NCBI RefSeq assembly: GCF_036321535.1
Contig: NC_087437.1
Location: forward strand, 111,292,001 to 111,356,000
Length of the DNA: 64,000 nt
Direction of reading: 5' to 3'
Source: Camelus dromedarius
Lineage: Eukaryota
Shown here: one piece after another, positions 36,291-48,141 of the stretch
Layout of the letters: each line of letters begins with the position of its first letter
Position numbering within the stretch: the stretch's first letter is position 1
Position numbers and translations under genes: made by a program
Notes under the pieces: model-generated
The model's database searches: none
Told to the model about the DNA's origin: nothing
The model's input: the letters and a program-made list of their open reading frames with translations, nothing else

Positions 36291-36949
36291 ATTCCTTCGG
36301 CTGCCGTAATATTTTCCGCAAAACCTCGGACTCCAATTGTGTGGCTTCTTCCTCCATGGAGTTCATCCCGGTGCCACCCCCCAGGACCCCCAAGATTGTC
36401 AAGAAACCGGAGCCCCCTCAGCCAGGGCCTGGGAGCACCGGCATCCCCGCCAAGGAAGACCCCCTGATGCTGGACATGGTGCGCTCCTTCGAGTCCGTGG
36501 ACCGCGACGAGCAGACGGAAGTGCTGTCCCCATCCCATCACTACAGGATCCTGAGCTCCCCCGGGGGCCTGGCTCGCGGGAGTCCCGGTGAGCGGACGCT
36601 CTCGCCCGTCCTGCTGCCCGGAAGCCCATCCGCTCTCCAAACCCCTTTGCACCCAACTCTGGTCTCCTTTGCCTACGATGATAAGAACAGCCCCCCCAAA
36701 GAGGAGGGCGTGTGTTCCCCACCCCCAGGGCCAGGTAACGGCTCCACTCAGCCCCTGGGGAGCCCACACTGTGTGAAAAGCCGAGGCAGGTTCCCCATGA
36801 TGGGCGTCGGACAGATGCTGAGAAAGCGGCACCAGAGTGTGCAGCCCCCAGCTGACAGGCCCCTGGAGGCCAGCATGCCCCCGCTGCAGCCCACGGCCCC
36901 CGTGAGCCTCTCCTTCAACGTGGCTGACGGGGTCAAAGGCCAGTGCTAA
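36291..36949 (+). CDS. HUNK: HUNK terminal exon, coding part (659 bp): (D)SFGCRNIFRKTSDSNCVASSSMEF...ADGVKGQC*
   Basis: Acceptor tttgcctccttgatgtgcag|AT; open frame to TAA at 36947-36949; includes ORF 36341-36949; matches the HUNK C-terminus. Confidence 0.96.
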
Positions 36950-39494
36950 CTCGGCCAGCAGCGGGGTTCTGGGTGTTTCCACAGGAAGCAGTGAGCAGCT
37001 CCATGCGTCCATCAGGGTGTGAAGACTCAGAGGCCTCTCACTGAGCATCTTTCCCGGCCCCACCTCCTCCTGACGTGTGATGTCCCCACAGCTGAAACCT
37101 GCAGACCCAGAGCCCGCATACCCTGGTCTCAAGTCAGGTTCCCCCGGGGATGCTGGGATCCCCGGGGAGGTGGCCTTCTGTGCAGCCAGCTCTGATCATG
37201 CGTGGCCTCCCTCCTCCCACCAATCACCGACCCTTTGCCCGCCTCCCAGCTGGGCCCGGGCAGGCAAAAACCGTGCATCGGCCTCTGGGCTCCTCCAATT
37301 ACAGACCTTTCGAACTCTTTCTCCATTTTGTGTTCTGTGTGTGCCTCTCAGCGGGTGGTTCCCTTTTCAGCAGTCAGAGGGGTTCACAGAGGGGTTCACC
37401 CAGGCCACGGTTTCCCCTCCTTTCCTAGAAGTGAATCCCTGCAGGGTGGCAAGAGCTGGTGCCCCAGAGCACCAGCCTCCAGGAACCCTTGAAGAAGATG
37501 GGCAGGAGCCTCTGAAACCAGCACCAACCCCTCTGAGCAAAACGGGGCATCTGATCAAAGACTGGTCCAAACAGCAGGGACCCTGGTGAGAGGAAAGGAC
37601 CAGTGGGGACACTCATTTGCCAAGCAAGGTTTTGACTTTTTTTTTTTCTTTTTTGGTTGAAACTTGCTAATAGTTGAATTATCTTTCCCAAAGATGATTT
37701 TTCTTTATGTGATATCACTGAATCAAAGCAACATAATTCTTAAAAACCTGGATGGAGAGATGGAAAGTGATTTCGGCAAACTCCTGTTCTTGTGAGAGGA
37801 TATGCGTGGAGGGCATCAGAGCCCACCCAGGTGATGTTTTTAGTGGCTGGTGGTCACTGATCACAGCCGGCCCTGTGTTCTTCCCATCATATCCTCAGAG
37901 CCCCCATCCTTCTGGAGCTATAGAGCATAGTCAGATTTGGTTATTTAGAAAGAGAGAAAATGGTTAAGGTTGGATATGGATGTACCTAGAAGGCACCATT
38001 ACCTCTGTGCAATGCAGTTTTCCAGCTGCCAAGAAAATAAGTTTGGTTTAGAACTCCGCCAGTTGGCAGTGAGCTGTGAGAGGCTTGCCTGGAGAGAATC
38101 ACGTTCAAAATACAGCACCACGTCTTCTTTGAAGAAAGCGGTGTTCCCCAAACAGGCTTTGAGTCCTTGTTTTGTTTTCACACCTTTTGCCAAGGATGGA
38201 ACCAAAGATACATCTCCGGGTCTGTGTCCATGCCGTCGCTGCATACGTGTTTTGTGGACCTCCATGTTGTGTGACTATGTCTGGCTGGAGCTGGCTTGGG
38301 GCTGGCTCCCCTGGGCCCTGGCACTTGGTGGGGACCACTCAGTCATGAGCAGAACCGGAAAAAGAAGAATCAGCACGGGTTGGATAGCCGTCAGCTTGGG
38401 AGACAGGTTACACTGCGGCTTGGAGTCTTTAACTGTTGGTTGGTGCAGGCATGACCAGAAACCACCGCTGTGGCCACCCCAGGGCTGGTCCTCTCAGCTC
38501 ACTGATTCTGAAGCAGGCCTGGAGCATTGCAAAGCCTGCCTTCACTTCTGCTGGCAGCCAGCCTGCGCCAGAGGGCAGTGGGAGTGGTTCCTCATTCACC
38601 AGCGGTGACCTTCTGCCCCACACGTCTCTGGCTGAGTGAGGAGGGCACGGATATCTGGCTCTCCCTGGAAGCCACCCCCATGCCCAGTCTTGGCTTGACA
38701 GGATCTTGGGCTGCAGCTTCCCGCTTGATGGGATCGCCCCAGCCCAAGGCAGTCAGGCTCCTGGCTGTTGGTGACATTCCTTTGTTTGGCTCCAGACCGG
38801 GTTCTGGAACTTTCCATTGAAAATAGAGCTTTTTAAGCAGAGAGAAAGAAAAGAAGCATCGGAGAAAGGTCCCTTTCTCCATCTGCCGTGAAGTTTTGGT
38901 TTTTGATGGGTGAAGAAGCTGTTTCGGAAGCTGGTTTCCAGCTTCAGGGGCCCCCTCTGCAGGTTTGAGGGCTGCATAGCTGTGCCTGTGAACTTCGTCT
39001 GGCCTTTTATGTCTCTTTCTTGTGTTTTACTTGCCTTGAGAACATGAGTGTGTCACCGTTAGCTTGTTGGGACGCTTCCCGTCCCTCGCACACTTCAAGA
39101 ACACTGCAGACGGTCCTGCAACTGACCAACCGTGTCACCATTGGCAACTTGAACTGTGAACTCAGGTCAATTCTGAACCCAGTGAGGGGGTGCGGGGGTG
39201 GGGGGTGGAAAACTATTGTGTGTGTGTGTGAGCACCTGGCCAATCTATGAAATTGAGTAAAAGAAGAAATGTTAAATTCTTTTATTATTTTATTATATTT
39301 ATATGGAAAACTTGACTCTCCCTTTGGTAAGGACCAAGTGTGTCGTTCGTTTGAGCCATGACTGTCTCTCATTAGTCTGCGCCTGTGAGCTCAGTCAGCC
39401 TGTACTTAACCGACGGAGGTGGCTGAACCAACATCGTGTGACGTCCTGGAGGAAAAGTCAACCTTAATTGTATGATTTGGTCACAAGTAAGGAC

Positions 39495-39590
39495 TGTATT
39501 TATGTCACCATGATTAAATATATGTGCTTTTATAATGACTGTGAAATACACTTTTCCCTCACTCTGGCTGCTTTGTTTGTTTTGCTGATA
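39495..39590 (+). terminator. Candidate proximal poly(A) site: TGTA (39495), ATTAAA (39513-39518), downstream T/GT-rich tract
   Basis: CFIm UGUA element, variant hexamer, then tttgtttgttttg at about 39572-39585. Confidence 0.55.
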
Positions 39591-40629
39591 AATCTGAAAA
39601 CTAAGAGGAGGTTGCAAAATAATCGTATCATCTTCGAGGTAAAGTTCTTGGCACAGCAACTGACAGGATGCAAGACGGAATCGCGTTGTGGGTATTTGAA
39701 AGCATTTTCGGCTTCATTTCACTTGCAACAGGTGTGTCTGCAGAGTCCATCTGCCTGGCGTACAGCAAATGGCAGCTCAAGGCGAATCAGCATTTTTCTT
39801 TCTGGGTTGGGGGCCGGGGTCATGATCTTCCTTGAAGACTCTGAAAATGGCACATGAGGAATAACACCTGTGAACGTCACTTCTAGATTTTGTCCTTGTT
39901 TCAGGCCTTGGGGAGGGCGGTGGGGAGAGGGGCGATGAGGTGGAATGGGAGGGCTCCTGGATGGGCTGTTTGGATTGGCCCTGTTCCAAATTTATTCGTA
40001 ACTCTTCACAAAAAGTTTTTCCTCTATACCACCCATGTCCTCCGTGCAGTGGGGCTCAGAGGGTGGCACGGTGGAAAGCAGGAGGCCCACAGTTTGCACT
40101 GCATGAAGCTCTCTCTGAAGTTGGGTGGGGTTGGGGCGTAAGAAGGTGTATATAGTTTTCATGATGATGTTTTCTTTCAGGAATCAGATCATTTTAGAGC
40201 AGAGAGGGACCAGAGATGAAAGAAGGGAAAGCTGGGGCCGCAGATGGTTTAAGGACTCACCAGGGCCCCTGAGTGAGCTGGCCTCAGACTGAGTTTAGGG
40301 AGCAGGGCTCCTCCCTCAAAGAACACAGAGCAATCAGAGAGCACAGCCACCGTGGGCAGAGGGGAAAGTCAACAGCAGATCAAACCGTCATTACAACAGG
40401 GATCTGAGGTTTCTGCATGGACCAGGGCTGCAGTTTTAAGTCCTTCCCAAAATCGTGCAGCTTCTTGAGATTTGAACCTCACACATTATCCACTCACTGT
40501 CTGCTATCGACTCGAAGCTGCAAAAAGACTTTCCTTCTCAATAGATCCCCCAAGTAAACATCTACCCCTGGACAGCCCTGTTATCTGCGTTGGCTGTGAA
40601 AAGGCTGTTACGTTTTACTGGATTAAGTC

Positions 40630-40635
40630 AATAAA
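40630..40635 (+). terminator. Candidate distal poly(A) signal AATAAA
   Basis: gattaagtcAATAAAgtattttctgtata; a T/GT-rich tract follows at about 40720-40747. Confidence 0.5.
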
Positions 40636-41554
40636 GTATTTTCTGTATAGTCATGTCATACAGTGATACAAGTTCAGAAAGAATGCAAGACTGCTATTTT
40701 TAGGGGGCGTCTGGAAGCCTCTTGGTTATTGTATTTGTTTTCTCTGTAAGGCCCTCTATGTGCTACAGACAGTTAGAATAATTCAGAGCAGTACTGGGAG
40801 CTGGTTCAACTTAATGTCATCACTTTCCAATGAAAGGAGTGTATTTCCTGAGTAGTAAATGAGTGTATTATTTGTGGTGGGTTTGTTTTGTCAAGGGAGC
40901 TTTTCAGACATCTGGTTCCAAAGACAAATGGGGTCTATATTTGCACTTTTCTGCGGACCTGTTTTCAGGACACACAGCTCTGAGAGCGCATGTCTATGGC
41001 ACCAAGGGACTGGGGGTGGGGAAGGGCAGGGGACACCTCAGCCTTGGCAATTTCCTTCCACAAGTATATCCATGTTTGAGCTGGTGTGCCGATAAGGAGG
41101 AGTTTGGGGGCACCAGCTCGGGGAGTATAGAGTAGACAGGTGAAGAAAACTCAGGGACCAACTGGAGTTGGGCAACTAACCAGTAGGGCATTGCAGAGAG
41201 TACAAGGCCAGGAAGCTACATCATTCACGGAATAAAAAAGAAAAAAAAATGGCTCTGACTTAAGGGCCTGAGCTAGTTACTCAACATATTCCCTGCTCAG
41301 AAGGCGGCCCATAGTTATTTTGAAAGGAAAATCTTTGGCTGATATTATATATAAGCCTCTCCAGAATAATGGAATGTATTCTTTCTAAGCCTTGTTACCA
41401 CAGCCGGCTGGACAAGGGTGGGATGCCAGCCAGTATCAGGACCAAGGCTTCTCATCCAAGGTTAGGTGGTGCATTCATGGCAGGTCTGAGATGAGAATGC
41501 CTCTGTGACCCCATCACAAGTGTTCGGCTCCTCTCTGGCAACCAGTGTGTTAGG

Positions 41555-41905
41555 TAGATCAGACTTGGTGATGAGAAGAGATTAAACCCCAAATCTCTGT
41601 GATTTGTCCCATAAAGGTTTGTTTCCTACTCCCATGAATGTTTATGCCATTTGGCTGACTCCAGAGCACCTGCCTTCCATGTGGTGACTCAGGGATCCAG
41701 GCTGCTTCCAGCTTGTGGTCCTGTTCACTCAAAATGAAGCTCCTCTGGCCACCACAGCAGAGCAAGGGTGAGCTGAAGAGTTTCCACTGGCCCTTGGGTG
41801 CTCTGTGAGGGCTGGAACTAGTCCTGTGCCTGCCTACTAGCACGAGGCTGAGAAATGTGGGAGAACATGTGGATATTTGGGATGCAGGTAAAGTTTCTGC
41901 CACAA
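41555..41905 (-). mobile_element. Old MaLR LTR (MLT1J-like)
   Basis: accccaaatctctgtg...gactcagggatccaggctgcttcca...ctgagaaatgtgggag...tctgccaca. Confidence 0.65.
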
Positions 41906-42065
41906 GGAAGGTACAGAGGCCTGTCACTTAAAGGTCCCCTAAAATTGGACCAGCCTTTCTCATTGTTACCCAGTTGTGACACCTCTTAGCGTGTAAGGAT
42001 TATTTGTTCTGAATAAAGGGATAAACATTGTTACTTATTATTACTTCCTTTAATTTAAAAGGGAG

Positions 42066-42460
42066 TGTTATGGGCTGAGTTGTTTTCCCCACAAAACTCA
42101 TCTGTTGAAGGCCTAACCCCCCGGCACCTCAGATGTGGCTGTATTTGGAGACACAGTTTTTAAAGAGGTGAATAAAAATAAGGCCTCCATCGGGGTGGGC
42201 CTGATCCAGTCTGACTGGTGTTCTTTAAGAAGAGGAAATTTGGACCCACAGAGGGACACCAGACAGAGAGAGGACCATGGGAAGACACGAGGAGGAGGCA
42301 GCCATCTGCCAGCCAAGGAGCGAGGCCAAGGGGGACACCGAACCTGCCGACACCTTGATCTTGGACTTGGGGCCCCCAGAGCTGTGAGAAAAGCAACGTC
42401 TGCTGTTTATGCCGCCCGGTGTGTGGCATTTTGTTATGGCGGCCCTAGCAGACTAACACG
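42066..42460 (+). mobile_element. MaLR solo LTR (MLT1A/B-like)
   Basis: tgttatgggctgag...gtatttggagacacag...cctgccgacaccttgatcttggactt...ccctagcagactaacac. Confidence 0.88.
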
Positions 42461-42664
42461 GGGGGAGGCCAAATAGAAATATTTATATATTCTACAAACC
42501 CTACAGATTTTGTCCCATATGTTGAATCTCATTTACCCTTTTCTTACAACTAAATTACTCCCTGAAAACCATCCTCTTTTGGTGGTGAAATTCTACCTTT
42601 ACCAAGCGTCCCCTGTGTGCCAGGCCCTGTGCCAGGTATTTTCAAGTGTCTTTCTTCCTTCAAT

Positions 42665-42835
42665 CCAGAGACCCACAGACTTTTCTGTAAAGGGCCCGGT
42701 AGCAAGTCCTTTACGCTTAGCAGATGACCATGCAGTCTGTCCTATGTTCTTTTTCATGTTTTGCTTTAATTTTAACAACCCTTTAAAAATGTATAAACTG
42801 CAGAGAAGAACAAGCCACACAGATTTTGGCCCTTA
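42665..42835. mobile_element. MER58-like hAT MITE fragment
   Basis: acttttctgtaaagggcccggtag...acaaccctttaaaaatgta...gattttggccc. Confidence 0.6.
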
Positions 42836-42846
42836 AGCCTCCTGGG

Positions 42847-42990
42847 TTTTTTGTTGTTGTTTGGTGGGGGGGGGGCAAGTAATTAGGTTTACTTATTTAT
42901 ATGTATTTTAATGGGGGTACAGGGGATTGAACCCAGGACCTCATGCGTGCTAAACACTCACTCTACTACTGAGCTCTACCCTCCCCCGTC
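42847..42990 (-). mobile_element. tRNA-Ala-derived SINE (long form)
   Basis: G-run + gtaattaggttt tail, then ggggattgaacccaggacctc head; gcctcctg duplicated on both sides. Confidence 0.88.
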
Positions 42991-44322
42991 CCCCCCAGGC
43001 CTCCTGCTTTAGTCCTCACAAGGCCCCTGTGAAGTGGGTGAGTTGTTTCTGTTTCACATGTACGTTTAGGTAGCTCGCCCAGTTCACAGAACCAGGATTA
43101 ATGCCGTCACAGACCACAGATGTTTCATTTTAGGAACCCACTACCTGCAAAAAAGAGAAAGAGAGCTCCTTCCTGTTTTGTTTTTGGTAGATTTCCAATG
43201 CTGGCTGCCCTCCACAGGCAGGGCGACGTGTCAGGAGAGTGTCCTGGTCACAAGTCTGCCGCTGCTACTTCGTCCCCCCTACCCCATCTCGGATTCATCC
43301 CTGCTTCCTCTGCGCAGAACAGAGCGTGGCCCTGGTACTCAAATCGCATTCCATTCAAGACATCTCCCATTCTCTTTGTGAACAGCCTCTCAAAAATGGG
43401 CTCTTGCTTGCTTATGAAAAGAGAGAGCTTAGTCAACGTTTTAGGGAACAAGTCTAAATTGAGAGCAGATGTGGAGCTGTGTGATGCCTCGTAGACAAAT
43501 CGGGGCCATTACTCACACCTGAATGACACAGCGCGGGACCAGCATCCCCTCCGCGGAAAGCGGTCTGAGTCAGAGAGCCCCAAAGAGCCCATTCAGATCC
43601 TTCCCACCCATGGCCGCTTCAACTGTGTGAGCCAATCTCATTTTCAGAACATCCAGGCCCAAGTCACAGAATCACAAGGAACTGGGGGTCACCTAGTCCT
43701 GGGTTCAGTGCCCCCAAGAGTTTGGGGCAGTCCACAAAGAGCAGCAAGAAATACGGGTTTCCAGGATAAGCACGAAGTGACTGCTTGGAGCAGAGTTTTT
43801 GTAACTCACTGCTGATTTGAAAAAAAAAAAGGTAACACCTTTTTTTTTTTCCCCCTTAAAACTACCATGTGTCATGGATTCAGATGCAAAATCAGTGTGA
43901 ATGTTGTGACTCCGTCCCTGATTGTCCTCTCAGCTTTGCATACTTCAGGGAATAATTTTAAGAAGCAGAGGTCAGGGTACGTACGGATGATGCATCTGAG
44001 GCCAGAATAGAGACAGGGGCACGAAGAACTCCAACTATCTACCTTCACGGTCAGTTCTCTTCCCACTTCCTGGCGTGAAGAGCCCAGAATTGAATGATGC
44101 CCTGGAGTTGCTTAGGAGTGTCATGACGTCTGGGGTCTGCTCGCTCCCTTTCGCAAATTTTGGGCCAGAGGATGGACATGGTGACGACCATATTAGAAAG
44201 AAGGAAACTGATTTGTGTTTGAGGGAAGAGAGTATGTGGAACTGCTGTTTCCACATTCCCAAATGATTTGTCTTACCTTCCCCTGAACACTCCTAGTCCT
44301 CCATGAGTACATCTGACATGTT

Positions 44323-44490
44323 GATGGGTGGTGGATGGATGGGTGAATGATGGATGGATGGATGGATGGATGATGGATGGATGGATAGATGGATAGATGG
44401 GTAGTGGATGGTAGATGGATAGTGGTGAATTGGTGATCAGTTTGGATTGATAGCGAATGGATGATTGGTAGGTGGACTGATGAATAAATA
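44323..44490 (+). repeat. Degenerate (GGAT/TGGA)n simple repeat
   Basis: Direct reading. Confidence 0.9.
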
Positions 44491-45117
44491 GGATTAAGAG
44501 TAAATGCTGAGAGGAGTTAGATGAAAGATTAGTAGTTGACTGAAGGGCACTTAAGGGAAAGGAAAATATTCCTCTAATCCAGAGCACAGGTCCTCAAATA
44601 TGTTATAAACATTAAAGTGGAGGACCTGGTAAATAAATAGGACTCTAAGTTTGGGTACTGGCATCTTTCACAGAGCACAGCCCGAGTTCTGCCTCCTCCT
44701 AACACAGGCCCATTTGCCACCCTGGAAACAACTAATCATGGGTCTTGGTTGTGTGGTGAAGCCATTGTCCCCATTTCTCAAATGCATGTATGTCCTTTTG
44801 ACTGTTTCCCTTTGGTGACTATATGGAGATTTGGCAAGAAGGTGCCGTGATTATGGAAGAAGCTGGGACAGTCACCTGGCTCCCCCTCCACCCATGCAGC
44901 TGTTGACTAGGCCAGTTTACTGAGGCCCAAGCTCTTCTCTGAGATGCTCTTTCTATTTACTTCATGTCTTGTCACCCCCATCTTTCAGCTCTGCTGCTCA
45001 CAAATCACCTAAAAGCTGCAAACAGATGATGCATTTTTACAAGGGAGACATGATGGCTAATCAAGATGGCATTCACACAACTCTGTCTCACCCCAGCTGA
45101 CCTGGTCTCTTCCAAAC

Positions 45118-45527
45118 TGCTCTGGGCTGAGTCGTGTCCTCCCACAAGTCATATATTGAAGCCATAATCCCCAGTATCTCGGGATATGAATGTATTTGGC
45201 AGGAGAGCCTTTAAAGAGGTAATTAAGTTAAATTGAGGCTGCTGTTAGGGTTGGCCCTAATCCAATGTGACCAGTGTCCTTACAAGAAGAGGAAATTTGA
45301 TCACACAGAGAGACACCAGGGATGCCTGAGCACAGAGGAAAGGCCAAGTGAGGACACAGAGAGAAGGCAGCCACATGTAAGCCAAGGAGACAGGCCTCAG
45401 GAGAAAGCAACCTGCCAGCACCTTGATCTTGGACTTCCAGCCTCCAGAGCTGGGAGAAAATAAATTTCTGTTGCTTAAGCCACCCAGTTTGTGGTGTTTT
45501 GTTATGGCAACCCTTGTAACTCATACA
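45118..45527 (+). mobile_element. MaLR solo LTR (MLT1B-like)
   Basis: TG...CA termini; ccttgatcttggacttccagcctccagagctgggagaaaataaatttctgttgcttaagccacccagtttgtgg. Confidence 0.9.
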
Positions 45528-45542
45528 CCCGCAGATTCCAGG

Positions 45543-45973
45543 TGTGGAAATAATGACGACCACCCAATGAGAACAAACAGAGGCTATTTCTCAGAGCTCA
45601 CTGTAGCAAGGGAGTCAGAACCATCACTTGGCAATTGGCAGAGACTCAGCTGCAGGCAGCGGAGTGGGAAAGCTGCATAGTGGAATCAAGGGAAGGCTTC
45701 AGGTGTGCTCCATTGGAGGCTGTTGTCATGGAGAAGCTGGAGGCAGGCTAACTGAAAGCAGGACATCCTATGTGATTGGTTAGGGGAGCAGAGTTGGAAG
45801 CAGGGGTGAAATTAGGGGGAGTTGGCAGCCACTGACCAAGTCCTGAAGGCTGGGCTGATTGCTGCAGACGGTGTGGTTTGGGTTTGCAGGCTGGTTACTG
45901 CAGAGGTTGAGAATCAGGGTTCCATTGCTCTATGTGATCTGGCCATTGTCCATGTGTATGTTCCATATCTCAC
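45543..45973. mobile_element. Probable ERV-type solo LTR (family not assigned)
   Basis: tgtgga...ctcaca termini, about 430 bp, attgg/gattggtt boxes, sits between two MaLR LTRs. Confidence 0.45.
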
Positions 45974-45998
45974 AGGTCTTCTCATTGCATTATCTGGC

Positions 45999-46420
45999 TG
46001 TGTTAGTTTCCTAGGACTGCTGTGAGAAAGTACCCCAAGCTTGGTGGCTGAAAACAACAGAAATTTATTCTCTTACAGTGCTGGTGAAGAGATGTTTGAA
46101 ATCAAGCAGGGCCACGCCCTCTTTGAAGTTTCTAAGGGAGGATCCTTCCTTGCCTCCTCCAGCTCCAGGCAGTTCTTGGCAATCCTTGGCAACCTTTGGC
46201 TGTAGGCTCATGACTACAATGTCTGCCTCCATCTTCACTTGCCATTTTTCTTTGTGTGTCTTCATATGGCCTTCTTACAAAGACACCAGTCATTGGATTA
46301 GGGCCCTCTCTAACTCAGTATCTTATCTTAACTAATTATATCTGTCATACTCCTATTTCCAAGTCAGGTCACATTCTGAGGCTCCAGGTGGACATAGAGA
46401 CACTATTCAACCCAATCCAC
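45999..46420 (-). mobile_element. MaLR solo LTR (MLT1C-like)
   Basis: ttagtttcctaggactgctgtg...aaacaacagaaatttattctc...ggtcacattctgagg...ctattcaaccc. Confidence 0.85.
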
Positions 46421-47569
46421 TGGTTAGGGACTCTCTCCCACTGTCATCAGGTCTAGAGGCCTGGCAAGTCTGGACCTGACACAGGGCTTTGGGCACAACA
46501 GGACAGTCAACTCTGTGAAGTCTTGAGATGTCAAGAATTGAGGGTGTTAGGAAGTGATGCTTTGGGTAGGGCCTTTGGAATGTTTAGAGGCAGGAAGGAG
46601 AGGAATCCACATCTCATCACGTGTAGTGACCGGCAGGTCCACCCCAAGGAAGGCAGACTCTGGGGCCGGGTTGATGCTCTGGTCACCTTCTGATGTAGAC
46701 TTTCACAAAAGAACCACTCAGAGGGACAACTTAGAGGTGAGGAGGCGTTTAATTGTGGGAATGCTATGTTCAGGGGTTTATGAAGTATTGATGTGATTGG
46801 CCCTAAAACTCTATATTCAGATCAGAATATTCTCTGGAGCTTCAAGCATGCTTATCAAGCCCCAGAGAAGGTCCACGTTCAATTCAGTGTATCCAAAACT
46901 AATGATCTCATCCTTCCGAGCAGCTTCTCTTGAGCTCCCTCTTGTAATAAAGGGCATTGCAGACTCTTCCTTGCCCAAGCCCCATCCTGAGCATCATCCT
47001 GGACCACACTTTCCTCTCACCTCCCACATCTAGTCCATTCACAAATCCTGTTTGTTTCATCCTCCAAGGATGAAGGGCTAGCAAGGGCTGGTACAAACTC
47101 CACATGGAGGCATGAAACCCACTCTCCACTCATGCCATTTAGCATGGTGCAGTGGAAGACGCATCAAATCTAGAATCTTCTGCAAAATAGGAATTCAGGG
47201 TAATAGGGTAAATGAGGATTAAATGGTTAATATATACAAGATGCTTAGAACAGTTGGGTACAAAGTAAATGCTATAGAAGTGTAAGCTATCCTGTGGCAG
47301 TGGTGTTGTGCTGTCACACGGAGCACCAGAGTGGGGGACCTGCATTCTCAGCCTTGATCGGCATTGAAGTTGCCTCACTTCCTAGGGAGAGATGCCTCAC
47401 CGAAATAAAACAAAAACAGTCGAGTTCAGCCCCTTGAGAGAATGAACTCAGAGTCTAACTAGTGTTCCTGCCATTTTTCAAATTGTTATTGTGGAATTCT
47501 GTTTTGGTATTGCCCTTGGAATTCACAGTAGTCTTTTTTTAAAAAATGATTTTATTTTGAAAAATTAAA

Positions 47570-48141
47570 AAAAAATTTTTAATGGAAGTATAGTTGATTT
47601 ACAACATAGTGTACAGCGTAGTTGTACATATACATATTCTCTTTCATACTCTTTTTCATTTTAGGTTATTAGAAGCTATTGAATATAGTTCCCTGTGCTT
47701 TACAGTAGAAACTTGTCATTTATCTATTCTGTATATAGTAGTTTGTATCTGCTAATCCCAAACTCCCAATTTATCTCCCCCATGATGCTACCTTTGGTAA
47801 CCGTAAGGTTGCTTTCTATCTCTGTGAGTCTCTTTCTGCTTTGTAAGTAAGTTCATTTGTGTCATTTCTTTAGATTCCACATATAAGTGATAACACTTGA
47901 TATTTGTCTTTCACTTGATATTTTACTTATTTCACTTAGTATGATAATCTCCAGGTCCATTCATATTGCTGCAAATGGCATTATTTCATTTTTATGGCTA
48001 AGTAATATTCCATTGTATTATATATACCACATTTTCTTTATCCATTCCTCTGTCAGTGGGCACTTAGGTTGCTTCCATGTCTTGGCTATTGTAAATAGTG
48101 CTGCTATGAACATTGGGGTGCCTATATCTTTTTGAATTAGA
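47570..48141 (-). mobile_element. Younger L1 3' end including the ORF2 C-terminus
   Basis: Minus ORF 48018-48200 gives TPMFIAALFTIAKTWKQPKCPLTEEWIKKMWYI, the L1 ORF2p C-terminal motif. Confidence 0.92.

Larger units (their letters stand above)
36950..40660 (+). other. HUNK: Probable HUNK 3' UTR (end approximate)
   Basis: Follows the stop codon; poor in recognisable interspersed repeats compared with the flanks; AU-rich tracts and poly(A) hexamers at 39513 and 40630. Confidence 0.65.

Noticed and set aside
36260..37132. 290-aa ORF antisense to the last HUNK exon
   Set aside because: Shadow of a GC-rich coding exon; no recognisable domain or promoter evidence.
37375..37398. 12-bp tandem duplication cagaggggttca in the 3' UTR
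   Set aside because: Ordinary slippage event with no further structure.
37970..38608. 212-aa ORF in the 3' UTR
   Set aside because: No similarity to any protein I recognise, noncoding-like composition, no splice structure.
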